A stretch of 64,000 bases of DNA from Octopus vulgaris (GCA_951406725.2 OX597823.1:64790001-64854000), one strand, 5' to 3'; counted from the stretch's first letter, positions 26,248 to 38,927 are shown. Notes: generated by a model not told the origin, from the sequence alone. Translations and numbers: made by a program.

Positions 26248-27005
26248 TAGGCACAGGCATGGCTATGTGGTAAGTAGATTGCTTCCCAACCCAACCACAT
26301 GGTTCCGGGTTCAGTCCCACTGTGTGACACCGTGGTCAAGTTTCTTCTTCCATAGTAGATGGAAACTGAATGTGTCTCCTTGTTTAACACCCGTTGTATA
26401 TATATCTATATATGTAAAGCTGAAGTTGTCTGTGTATGGCAGGATTGGTAGCCTTCAACTACACTATCTTCTCCGACACCCTGCGGTGCAAGTTGACCAA
26501 AATTGAGAGTATGATAGAAGAAGGCTTGCTCTTCATTCCGTAGAAGAAAAAATTCAAATTGAACCATGTTAACACCAAAAATTATTTACATGAAAGGTAT
26601 TTTTTACGATTTTTTTACTGCTGTGTCGCCATTTTTTGGTGTATTTCAACCAGAAAAATGTTCACTTAAAGAGAATAACAAGCTACATAATGCAAAATTT
26701 TTACTTTTCAAAAATTTCAATTCTAAAGTGTCAAAACAAACCCGAGCAACGCCGGGCGATACTGCTAGTATATATATAAAAGTGTGTGTGTGTTTGTGTC
26801 TGTTTGTCCCACACCACTGCTTGACAATCAGCGTTGGTTTGTTTATGTCTTTGTAACTCAGCAGCTCAAGAAAAGAGACCAATAGAATGAGTACCAGGCT
26901 TTAAAAAAATAATTTTTTGGTTTGATTCATTAGACTAAAAATTCTTCAAAGTAGTGCGCGAGCATGACCACAGTCTAATGACTGAAACAAATAAAATAAA
27001 AGAAA
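26248..27005 (+). mobile_element. SINE family B interrupted by a Helitron
   Basis: Head at 26248-26370; body resumes after 26770 (ttgacaatc..gagaccaatagaatgagtaccaggc..gactgaaacaa). Confidence 0.75.
26405..26768 (+). mobile_element. Non-autonomous Helitron
   Basis: 5' A|TC start, subterminal GC hairpin cccgagcaacgccggg (26741-26756), CTAG|T end, no TSD. Confidence 0.85.
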
Positions 27006-27347
27006 AAATAATAGCCATGGTAAGAGGTGCAAGAGGCAGCATCCATGACTTCAATAACCTTTCTAGGGTGCACTTTTCACAGAAGAATTTAATTAAAGAA
27101 GGAAAGGAAGAACACTTGATGCTTTCTGGGGTCCCTGAGACAGGTGAGGTAAGGAGAGAGGAAGTTAATCACAAGTTCGTTTCCTGACCTGAAATTTTGC
27201 AGCAGAGTATAGTTTAGAAAAGGCATCCATAGGCCAGGTGGTGGTGTTAAACAAGGAGACACATTATGTCTACCTCTCATGAACAAGTATATCCATTTTA
27301 TAGGCTTTCATTCAATTTACGTCAAGCCAATATCACTCCTATGCAAA

Positions 27348-27575
27348 ATGGAGTGGCTGTGTGGTAAGTAGCTTGCTTACCAACCACATGGTTCTGGGTT
27401 TGGTTCCACTGCGTGGTACTTTGGGCAAGTGTTTTTACTATAGCCTTGGGCTAACCAAAGCCTTATGAGTGGATTTGGTAGATGGAAACTGAAAGAAGCC
27501 TGTCGTATATATGTATATATATGTGTGTGTGTGTGTATGTTTGTGTGTCTGTGTTTGTCCCCCAACATCGCTTTT
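27348..27575 (+). mobile_element. SINE family B, 5' half
   Basis: ggagtggctgtgtggtaagtagcttgcttaccaaccacatggttc..ggaaactgaaagaagcc. Confidence 0.85.
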
Positions 27576-27764
27576 GAAGACACACACACACATGTGTGCT
27601 TTATATCAACTTCATGTTGGGTGCACAGTTTTTTAAAAATCAAAGTGGTGTGTATAACACAAAGGCTTGAGAGATATTGCTTTTGATGTTCTATAAATCA
27701 TTATTATAATTTTTGTTAAACCTCTCTGTTATAACATAACTTCTGATCTGATTCTCAATTCTTC

Positions 27765-27798
<34 letters not shown>

Positions 27799-27863
27799 TC
27801 CCTTCTTGTAAGTATGCAGTCATATATGTGTGCATGTATGTATGTTTGTATATGTGCATGCAT

Positions 27864-27910
<47 letters not shown>

Positions 27911-28009
27911 TGTGTGCATGTGTGTGTATGTGTGTGTGTATATACTAACATATTTCTCAGCACTCATTAAAGACATTAGAGCAAAATTATGAATCTCTAG
28001 TCTATCCAC

Positions 28010-28460
28010 ATCTCTCTCTGTCTCCCTCTCTCTCATCTGTTTTCCTTTGTATGATTCTGCTTGCAGACACAATAATATGATAGCAGTATTATCTGTCTGT
28101 CTGACACCTGTATGTCTGTACGTCTGTATGTCTGTATGTGTGTATGAATGTACATGGACACAGATTTCTCAACGGAATTGTTAACAACATTTAATAAACT
28201 TATTATGATAAAACTTCTGAAAATATGTAATTTCTTAGTTTCAAAAGTGTTTGCTGTAAGATTTCTGTAAATGTTTTTAATGATCATATTGAGAAATTTA
28301 TGTGAATTTATAATCTAATATGCATACATTCGTACATTCTTAGAGACAAAAGCAGCAGACAGATAATATTGTTATCATATCAAAAATACTGTATCTGCAT
28401 GTATGTTTATGTGTTTATGTCATATAAAGACAAAGTGTGAGAGAAAGGAAAGAGAGAGAG
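28010..28460. repeat. Old imperfect foldback centred near 28230
   Basis: Arm pairs atatgatagcagtattatctgtctg / cagacagataatattgttatcatat, atttctcaa / ttgagaaat, aacattta / taaatgtt, (CT)n / (GA)n. Confidence 0.7.
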
Positions 28461-29037
28461 AAGGAGAGAGGAGGGGGAAAGAGAGAAAGAAAGGGAAAGA
28501 GGGGAGAGGGAGAGAGAGAGGATAGACGGAAGAAAATGGAAATTCACACTTTCTTCTTCCAATGTTGTAATAAGCTATTTCTTTAAAAAGATCTGTTTAT
28601 CCCTACACCTCTTTTTGTCTCTCTCTCCCTCTCTATCTAACACCGTCTTTACCTTGACTTCTTACCCAGTGCACAGTTACCCTAGGTGATTCACAGGTAA
28701 TATCCTCTACAGTTTCATCTATTCAGTCATTTCAGGAAAATAGTTGAATGATTATTTTCTTACAGATATTTCTATATTCCTTGAGGACTCCACGAACTAA
28801 ATTCACTCTTTAGAGACAATATATCACAATAAGATGATGTTAACGACTTATATGTATTTTGATTTATTAAATTCTTTTTTTATTTCAGTAATGTTTTGCC
28901 TTCTATTACTTCATTCTTTCTTTACATATATAGCAATATATATATATATATTTATATTTTATAAATATATATTAATATATATTTATATAAAATATATATT
29001 GATAATAAATATATATTAATATATATTTTATATTAAT

Positions 29038-29199
29038 AGGCATAGGAGTAGCTGTATGGTAAGTAGCTTGCTTACCAACCACATGGTTCCGGGTTCAGTC
29101 CCATTGCATGGCACCTTGGGCAAGTGTCTTCTACTATTGCCTTGGGCTGACCAAAGCTTTGTGAGTGGATTTGGTAGATGGAAACTGGAAGAAGCCTGT

Positions 29200-29235
<36 letters not shown>

Positions 29236-29410
29236 TGTATGTGTGTGTCTGTGTTTATGTCCCCGTAACTTAGCGGTTCGGCAAAAGAGACCGATAGAAT
29301 AACTACTAAGCTTAGAAAGAATAAGTCCTGGGGTCGGTTTGCTCGACTAAAGACGGTGCTTCAGCATAGCCACAGTCAAATGACTGAAACATGTAAAAGA
29401 GTAAAAGAGA
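29038..29410 (+). mobile_element. SINE family B, near full length
   Basis: Head through the gtaaaagagtaaaagag tandem tail. Confidence 0.9.
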
Positions 29411-29679
29411 TTGCAAAATATTACGTATTCCTGGCATAAAACAATGGGTCATGCAATAGTATTTAAAGAACGAGCATTTAAACGCTGATGATGGTGATAA
29501 TGATGATGATGTTTGGAAATGGGGAAAGTGGATAACAATTTGAAATTTCAAAAAGTATTATGAAGATTATGCTTTGATAATGTTTAATATCAATGCAAAT
29601 GTTATTAAAAATGTAATATTCTTCTTTAATGGTAATATTAATGATGCCAATTGTGATCCGTTCATCGATCTGTCTTCTC

Positions 29680-30090
29680 CCCACTACTGTTTCTGGGAGA
29701 GTCATGGGGGTAGAGTCCTCAGGCACCTCTTCTGTAGGGTTCCATCAGAACTGGCCGGCATTAGACTTTCTGGCTGGATTGCCAAGCATGACCAGTTGAG
29801 AATATGGATGTTATCCAACCATCTCATTCTTCATCCACCCCAACTTGAAAATTCTTTCCTGTGATATTATTAGCCATGTCCAAAGTACTGGAGCTGTGAC
29901 CTCTTAATGCAGGGAAGCTGTGGCTTGACCTGGAGAGACTTCCTGATCTCCAAGTTATGCATATAGCATTACTCCTGAGATTCTCCGAGGGAACCCAATT
30001 TCAACCATTTCTATTTGCTATCATACTTCTTTGGTCATTACCCACATTGAAAACCATAGGTCAGGATAGGTACAAAAACCAAATGGAAGA
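29680..30090 (-). mobile_element. RTE LINE ORF C-terminal fragment
   Basis: Minus-strand WVMTKEV..EIGFPRRISGVML..EIRKSLQVKPQLPCIKRSQLQYFGH (RTE post-RT motifs), with stops. Confidence 0.75.
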
Positions 30091-30567
30091 GAATGAGTTT
30101 GACTTCCCTTTAACGGTAATAATTTCCTTTTTCAATATTTTATTTCACTCAGTAGTAAAGGTAACACTCATGATACTTTAAAGGGCTTCCAAAGCTTATG
30201 GGTGAGAGGGAGGGGAGAAAGGTATGTCTCAATGTTTGCAACAGAGAGGACACCAACATATGCAGAATTATATTCACCAACTTATCCAAAAGAGTTGCAG
30301 GAGACTCTGCAACTTATATTCACCAACTTATCCAGAAGAATTGCAGGAGATTCTGAAGGCATCTGGAGTCTGTGGTCAAAGCCAATGGCAATTTCATTGA
30401 ATAAATCTACTCTTTAGTATTTCAAGATATTTTTATGTAATTTTTGGTAAATATATCTATTAAAATGAGATGTCAGTGTTATTTTCATTTTTGAATAATT
30501 TAGACGACAATTTATTTACTGCACCCTGTATATACATGTATGTATATATATATAACTATAACATCTT

Positions 30568-30781
30568 AAGACGGCGAGCTGGCAGAAACATTAGCGTGCC
30601 GGGCGAAATGCTTAGTGGTATTTAAACTGTTGTTACGTTCTGAGTTCAAATTCCACCGAGGTTGACTTATAAATAAAGTGCCAGTTTCACACTGGGGTCG
30701 ATGTAATCGACTTAATCCCTTTGTCTGTCCTTGTTTGTTCCTTCTTATGTTTAGCCCTTTGTGGTGGGCAGTAAAGAAATA
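30568..30781 (+). mobile_element. SINE family A with internal deletion
   Basis: 20-bp TSD atatataactataacatctt on both sides. Confidence 0.9.
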
Positions 30782-31426
30782 TATATAACTATAACATCTT
30801 CATATAATTTTTCTTGTGTGGAAAATAGTATCAGCTGGTTGCAACTCCTTGCTAAACAGTCTTTAATACAGATTTCCTTCTCCCAAATCGATGGTCTTCA
30901 TTACTTCTGGTGAGCACATTCTACCCTTGACTATATTGTATGGCTTGAATTCCTCCACCCTTTGATGGGTTTTGTCTTTCATTCCACTGAGTTTCCAAAA
31001 CTCACCCACCTCACCGAGCAAGGTTTAGTTTGCTTTCAGAAATCTGGAATAATGACTGGATTTCTCATAACTATTGACAGTGCATTGTACATTTTAACAG
31101 GAAACAGATCGTTTTCCTCATCTTCCTCTTGTGTCTCCTATTACCCAGAACTATCCTGAAGTATTGCATTAGATTTCTCCATCGTGTTAATAGTGATTGA
31201 CAGGCTGTATTTAAAGGGATTCTTATTAGAAAAGCTGTATGAAATGCTTTGCCTCACAGGTTTCAAAACTGCAGTTGATTAATTATATGGGAGAGATATG
31301 TTAGAGTGTCAGAAATGATGCATTGTGCTGTTTATTCTGACTCTTTCTGGGTTCAAATCTTGTTAAGGTCAACTTTGCTTTTTTTCATCATTTTGAGATT
31401 AATAAAAAAAATATTACCAATCACAG

Positions 31427-31478
<52 letters not shown>

Positions 31479-31519
31479 ATATTTATGTATATACATATAC
31501 ACATTTCTATATTCTTTTC

Positions 31520-31911
31520 TTTTATTCCTTTACTTGTTTCAGTCATTTGACTGTGGCCATGCTAGAGCACCACCTTTAGTCGAACAAATCGCCCCCAGGA
31601 CTTATTCGTTATATGCCTAGTATTTATTCTATCAGTCTCCTTTGCCAAACTGCTAAGTTACAGGGATGAAAACACACCAACATCGGTTGTAAAGCGGTGG
31701 GGGGGGGGACAAACAAAGACACACACACACACACACATGCACACACATATACGATGGGCTTCTTTCAGTTTCCCTCTACCAAATCAGCTCATAAATCTTT
31801 GGTCGGCCCGAGGCTATAGTAGAAGATACTTGCCCAAAGTGCTACGCAATGGGACTGAACCTGGAACCATGTGGTTCGTAAGCAAGCTACTTACCACACA
31901 ACCATGTTGCA

Positions 31912-31915
<4 letters not shown>
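31520..31915 (-). mobile_element. SINE family B, full length
   Basis: Reverse complement of family B from tail (tacttgtttcagtcatttgactg) to head (gctacttaccacac). Confidence 0.9.
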
Positions 31916-31951
<36 letters not shown>

Positions 31952-32794
31952 TATATATAGATATAGATATATCATCATAATCATCATTGTTTTAACATCC
32001 GCTTTTCCATACATGCATGCATCAGATAAAATTTCTTGAGGCAGATTTTCTGCCTTCCTGTCACTAACCCTCACCTGTTACAAAGCAAGGTAATATTTAT
32101 CCCCGGCTTGGTAAGCCTTCATGGCCAATTAGAATCAAGTGATATTGCTTATGATGATGATGATGATGGTGATTATTGAAAGTGATCACCCAATGTGAAA
32201 TCTCTCAAGGCACAGTGAGTTGAATGTAAGGGAAGTGATATAGAGGACTGGACAGGGTGACTGGGCAGAAAGTTCATGAGAAAATCAAAGGAGAGAGGGC
32301 AGAGGTAATAAAGTGTGTGGTGAGCATGGCTGAAGAAATCATGCTTGAGATAACCCTCTAACCCATGCTGGTATAAAAAAATGAATGTTAAACATATACA
32401 TAAACAAATAAACAAAATGATAATAAATAGTATCAGCCCTTTATACCAACCAACTCCCATGTCTCCTTAATCTTTCAATCTTGCCACACTCATCTTTCTC
32501 TTATCCTCATTATCTTTTCCTTGCCATCCCTCGACTGAAGCAAAGCCTTTTAAATAACACTTCTATTGATTAAATTTTACATATCTCCATCTAGTATCCA
32601 CATTTACATTAAAGATCTTGAAATGACTTTAACTTTGACAATATTTGACAATATTCTCTTTGATCACTGAAGGCGAGCATGATTTTCTTATGGCGAAAAC
32701 AAGAAATCAAAAAAAAACAAAAAAAAACGAATAAACCAAACCAAAGGAAAAAAAAATCAATGAATTTTCAATTGATAATCAAATCAAATGGTAT

Positions 32795-32795
32795 G

Positions 32796-32856
<61 letters not shown>

Positions 32857-32902
32857 TAATAATAATAATAAATATCATAATAATAATTATGATAATGATA
32901 AA

Positions 32903-32964
<62 letters not shown>

Positions 32965-32982
32965 ATGATAAGAATAATAATC
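32795..32982. repeat. (AAT)n microsatellite
   Basis: Visible run. Confidence 0.95.
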
Positions 32983-33405
32983 AGTAAATGCAATACGGTG
33001 AATCGGAATCAAAGACATTATTAATATTCAGCTTTAATCCTTTTACGCATAGATTGAAAGCAATTCCACGGAATAATTAGAAGTTCTGCCTAATAACTCA
33101 ACTTACGTAATTTCATTCAACAGCTGATGAAATAGATTCCTATATGGTTCCTCAATCTGGCTCTGCAAGAAATAGCAACCTAATGACTCTCAAAAGATAG
33201 CCTGCCATCTCAAAAGGAAAGATATATTTGATAATATATATGTATATATTTTTCATTTTTATGTCTGTGTGGGTATGAAGTTTGCTCCTAACAACGTGGA
33301 TTTGGGTTCTAATTTACTTTGTGACACCTTCAGAAAGTGTCTTTGACTGTAGCCTCAGGCTGGCCAATGTCTTGTGAGTGAAGTTAGTTGGTAGAAACTG
33401 AATGT

Positions 33406-34060
33406 AAGGCAGCGAGCTGGCAGAAATGTTAGCACGCTGGGTGAAATGCTTAATGGTCTGCCGCTACTTTCTGAGTTCAAATTCCACCGAGGTTGCCTTT
33501 GCCTTTCATCCTTTCAGGGTTGATTGAATAAGTACCAGTTATGCACTGGAGTCGATATAATTGACTTAACCCCTTTGTCTGTCCTTCTTTGTCCCCTCTA
33601 TGTTTAGTCCCTTGTGGGCAATAAAGAAATAGGAAACTATATGTAAGGCGGTGAGCTGGCAGAAACATTAGCACGCAAGGCGAAATGCTTAGCGGTATTT
33701 CATCTGCCGTTACGTTCTGAGTTAAAATTCCGCTGGGGTCGACTTTGTCTTTCATCCCTCCGGGGTCGATGAATTAAGTACCAGTTACGCACTGGAGTCG
33801 ATGTAATTGACTTAATAGCTATGTCTGTCCTTGTTTGTCCCCTCTATGTTTAACCCCCTGTGGGTAATAAAGATATAGGTATTTCATCTGCCGCTACATT
33901 CTGAGTTCAAACTCTGCCGAAGTCGACTTTACCCTTCATGCTTTCGGGGTCGATTAAATAGTACCAATTATGCACTGTAATCGATATAATTGACTTAATT
34001 CATTTGTCTGTCCATGTTTGTCCCCTCTGTGTGTAGCCCCTTCTGGGCAGTAAAGAAATA
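33406..34060 (+). mobile_element. Three tandem SINE family A monomers nested in a family B SINE
   Basis: Monomers start near 33406, 33644 and 33878; the target motif gaaact..atg recurs before, between and after them. Confidence 0.85.
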
Positions 34061-34327
34061 GGAAACTGCATGGAAGCCTGTCATTTACATGTATCTTTTA
34101 TCTTTTACTTTTTATAATTTACTTGTTTCAGTCATTAGACTGTGGCCATGCTGGGGCAGTGCCTGAAGAATTTTAGTTGAAAGAATCAACTCCAGTACTT
34201 ACTTTTTAAATTCTGGTACTTAATCTATTGGTTTCTTTTACGGAAATACCAAGTTAAAAGGATGTTAATACACCAACATCAGTTGTCAAGTGTTGACAGA
34301 AGACAAATAGACACAAAGACACACACG

Positions 34328-34371
<44 letters not shown>

Positions 34372-34464
34372 CATACAGACGCCATGATAGATCGTTAGCC
34401 ACTACACACATTTTTTTCTTTCCTTTTTTTTCTCTCTTTGTTTCTCTCCTTGTTTTCTGTGTCC

Positions 34465-34500
34465 CTTTCTGTAGAAGAGCTTAGGCTCGAAATGTTAAAG
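34465..34500 (+). ncRNA. Minimal hammerhead-like motif, variant core
   Basis: cttt-CTGTAGAA-gagc-ttag-gctc-GAAAT-GTT-aaag; stems I and II pair, core deviates from CUGANGA. Confidence 0.45.
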
Positions 34501-34844
34501 ACTTTTTCTATTCCTGAGTGTTATACTAATACATCTGTTTGTTTTGTACACCACCTCTCTTCATCTTTTGTAGTTTTTATACATACACACACGCACACAC
34601 ACACACACACACACATATATATACATAGATATATACGTACATGTATTTATATGAATGTATGTATTTATATGAATGTATGTATATATGCATGTATGTATGT
34701 ATCCTAATTATGGTTATGGTTCTAAAAGCAAACAAATGAATATCTATAATCTGATGACATATAGCTACATTTATTTGACATCCATTGCACAGACAGCAAT
34801 ATCTATATTGCTAGCAATACATTCCTATCAATGATATATATGTG

Positions 34845-34875
<31 letters not shown>

Positions 34876-34899
34876 TTGTGTACAAAAGTCAGTGTACAA

Positions 34900-35265
34900 T
34901 ATGCTGGTGTCATGTAACTAGCCCCCATGCTGGTGACATGTAAAATACGCCTTTCATGTATTGGGCCTCATGGTCATAACGACAAATGGCTGAGACCTCT
35001 GGTAATATGCCATGCTTGGAGGCCCATCAAGCCAAGTGAAACTGTAGTTGTGGCAAATACTGGTGTCACACAACTGGCATCTGTGCCAGGGGCACATAAA
35101 AGCACCTGTTACATGCTTAGAGTGGTTAGCATTAGAAAGGGCATCCAGCCATAGAAAGCCATGCCAAATTAGACTGGAACCTGGTGCAGCTCCCCGGCTG
35201 GGCAGCTCTGATCAACCTGTCCAACCCATGCCAGCATGGACTATAGAGATTAAATGATGATGATA

Positions 35266-35298
<33 letters not shown>
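34900..35298 (+). mobile_element. RTE LINE 3' UTR end
   Basis: ggcacataaaagcacc..agaaagggcatccagcc..aacccatgccagcatgg..(gat)n. Confidence 0.75.
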
Positions 35299-35301
<3 letters not shown>

Positions 35302-35439
35302 TGTATGTATGTCTTTATATATATATATAATTTAGAATTACACAAAAAACAAAAGCAAAACACAGGAACAGGTCAGGGAGCAACAACTCAGGTATGTTAG
35401 TTTGAGGCTTGACTGCTCTCAAAAATTAAGTATATAAAC

Positions 35440-35626
35440 AGGAAAAGTAATCCAGAATCCTTGTCCGGTACTGGATTGATCTCAAAATCTAATCAGCTTG
35501 TGCCACTCTCGAGGTCAAACATCCTTGAAAGTTTCATCTGAATCCATCTTGAGATATCTTTGTCCATGGACAAACAAACAAACACAACTGAAAACAATAC
35601 CTCCACTTTTGCGAAGGCGGAAGTAA
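35440..35626 (+). mobile_element. Non-autonomous Helentron/HINE-like element
   Basis: aagtttcatctgaatcc, (acaa)n tract, terminal hairpin aaaacaatacctcc..ggcggaagtaat typical of these elements. Confidence 0.55.
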
Positions 35627-35921
35627 TAATACCACTTTGCATCATATTATTAAAGTAATGCCGAGCCTTTATGTCAACCATTTCTTCATAGGCAATGAGC
35701 GAACTTTCAGAGAGAAGTGCTAGATAGATTCCTGCCAAACGATAATGGCTAGTTATAATTTTCTAGATTGTTTTCCTTTCTTTATTGTTTACTCTCATTT
35801 AATATTATTTGAATTGTAGAATCACAATCAACTTAGATGGACTGGACTAGTTTTGAAATTACAGTTCATGAGTTAATTATGAAAGAATTTATGATTTATT
35901 TTTTTCATTTTTCTCTCAATT

Positions 35922-36049
<128 letters not shown>

Positions 36050-36235
36050 GAAAGAAGCATTTCTACCCATCTTACATAGCACTTTCCTTGGATAATGGAA
36101 CTGCAACTGTAACATCCAACATATATTTATATTTTTATGCTCTTGTTTCCTTTTATAATTCCTATATCTCTCGCTTTCCAAAATAACTTCTTATACAGAA
36201 CTCTACTATTTTCGTCTATTTAACTCTCTCATATC

Positions 36236-36283
36236 GTCTCTGATGGAGGAATATCTCTCATATTCCTGAAACACCTGTAAAAC
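36236..36283 (+). ncRNA. Degenerate type I hammerhead ribozyme
   Basis: gtct-CTGATGG-aggaatat-ctctc-atattcct-GAAAC-acct-GTA-aaac: perfect 8-bp stem II, one core and one stem I mismatch. Confidence 0.6.
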
Positions 36284-36369
36284 TAGCTTTCTCTTAATAA
36301 ATGTCCTAGAAATTTCACACTGTCTTGGCTTTGTTGTCTAATTTTATTTAACACAGACAGAGACAGACA

Positions 36370-36404
<35 letters not shown>

Positions 36405-36626
36405 AGATTCAATGTATCTCATATTAAAAAAAACACCATCGTTTAATGAAACTTTCTCTGCCCCTATTTCCATATCTTTCACTCTATCTCACCCAAAATG
36501 TATTTTGAACATATTTAATGCTTCTGTTTTATTTGAACTTGGTTAAAGTACTGTAGCTGTACATCAATGATATGTGTGTATGTTTATAGATAGATAGACA
36601 GAGAGAATTTACGTACGTATATTTAT

Positions 36627-36845
36627 TTAAGAAGTGCTAAAAAGTTCCTAGCTTTAAAAATTTTGTGAAAGGCCTAGCTGGAGGCCCAACCTTCCGAGTT
36701 CTTTTACAGGGCTTAGAAAACCTGAAGGACCTCTGCAATAGGTGTGTGAATCTGCAAGGGGAATATGTTGAATAAAACCATAATTAACTGCTTCTTCTGT
36801 ATTTTCTTTCACCCAAAGCCAGGAACTTTTCAATACACCCTCATA
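36627..36845 (+). mobile_element. mariner-derived MITE
   Basis: TIR pair gtgctaaaaagttcctagcttt / aaagccaggaactttcaatacac; homologous to 756-880. Confidence 0.7.
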
Positions 36846-36882
36846 TATATGTGCACATACATACAAACATCTATAAACACAT

Positions 36883-36919
<37 letters not shown>

Positions 36920-37122
36920 CACACATATATATCATTGATAGGAATGTATTGCTAGCAATATAGATATTGCTGTCTGTGCAATGGATGTCAAATAAATGTA
37001 GCTATATGTCATCAGATTATAGATATTCATTTGTTTGCTTTTAGAACCATAACCACAATTAGGATACATACATGCATGCATATATACATACATTCATATA
37101 AATGCATGTACGTATATATCTA

Positions 37123-37159
<37 letters not shown>

Positions 37160-37611
37160 GTGTATGTATATATGTATGTATAAATTTATATGTATATCTC
37201 TATATATAAATATATATATATATTTACATACATCTATAATATACATGTATATATGTATATATATGTGTGTATGTATGTGTATGTATATGTATATATATAT
37301 AAAATATACACACATGTACATATATACAGAGACACTGACACACATGCACACAGACACACGGACAGATTATAAATATTCATTTGTTTGCTTTTAGAACCAC
37401 AACCACAATTAGGATACATACATACATGTATATATACATACATTCATATAAATACATGTACGTATATATATCTATGTATATATGTGTGTGTGTGCACGTG
37501 TGTGTCTATGTATATATGTATGTATAAATTTATATGTATATATATATACATACATCTATAATATACATGTATATATGTATATATATATGTGTGTATGTAT
37601 GTATGTGTATG

Positions 37612-37668
<57 letters not shown>

Positions 37669-38190
37669 ATACATAAAATATATACACATATACATACAGA
37701 GACACTGACACACATGCACACAGACACACAGACATATACACACACATTCGTATTATACTACCATTTACCTATGTAGTCAGTATTATAAGTTTATATTACA
37801 TTACTGAGTTTGTTGTACTTATTGTGGAACGTTGGTAAGCACTAGAAAGTAATTTATTCTTTTCAGTGATGCCAAATCCAATACAGGACTAAAATCATGT
37901 GCAGAAAATGAGAGTACTAATGGAGTGTGTGATTAAATTTGAATGAATATGTCCCCACACTATCACCACTACTGCCACCACCACCATCACCACCACTACC
38001 ACCACCGCCACCGCTGCCGCCACTGCTAACAACATAATCATTTGTTTTTATGTCCACTTTCCATTATGTCATGGGTTGGATGTGTTGTGATAGTCTGAGT
38101 CATCTATTACTAATGTATTACTTAGCTTTATTTCTACAGCTGCATGCCCTTTCTATTTTCAACACTGAGAGGTGTATACATCATCATCAT

Positions 38191-38223
<33 letters not shown>

Positions 38224-38225
<2 letters not shown>

Positions 38226-38580
38226 AAAATAAACAAGGTTTTGGTCAGTTGGCATCTGAACTACACTACCTCATGTTCCTAAGATTCATATCTACATCTT
38301 TATCTGTATAAGATGTTATTATTTGATTTGAGAACTTTATATTATTGGAAAACCTATATAAAATTAGCTGAAGATTACTCGCTATCTTAAATCTGCTGTA
38401 ATATTTACAGCTTTTAATAAAATGTTGTAGTATGAAACAATTGTACTAAATTACCGGATTCATTCTTGTTGCTTGTTTTTCATTATAATCACCCCGCATA
38501 TTTTTATGGGTAAAACCATAAAAAATTCTGGTGCATCTAAATTAAGTGCCATATTCATTTGAATCTAAATTGTTGCTGGA

Positions 38581-38583
<3 letters not shown>
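38224..38583 (+). mobile_element. Penelope-type pLTR/3'-end fragment flanked by (TA)n
   Basis: Homologous to 54330-54605 (ttataatcacccc, ggtgcatctaa.tta.gt.ccatattca); contains a hammerhead. Confidence 0.7.
38362..38451 (+). ncRNA. Type I hammerhead ribozyme
   Basis: ttag-CTGAAGA-ttact..agtat-GAAAC-aatt-GTA-ctaa; both core boxes intact, palindromic stem III acaattgt, base of stem II mismatched. Confidence 0.75.
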
Positions 38584-38639
<56 letters not shown>

Positions 38640-38886
38640 TCATCATCATCATCATCATCGTTTAACGGACGCTAAACGATGATGATGATGATGATGATAT
38701 ATATATATATACACATATATATATGAGTGTGTGTATATATATACATACAATTATAGTTATGGTATATTCTGTTAAGAACCTAGTAGAGTAGATTTTCCCC
38801 TGTAGTACTATAATGCTTAGTTCCAGGTTTGCATTTCGGCTTCTGAAATTTGTGAAGAAATAATTGAAATATATATATATATACAC

Positions 38887-38927
<41 letters not shown>

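Noticed and set aside
29038-29110. tRNA-like A/B boxes
   Set aside because: SINE heads, not cloverleaf tRNA genes; each continues into a repeat body.
30262-30356. Two tandem ~46-bp units
   Set aside because: Simple local duplication with no further structure.
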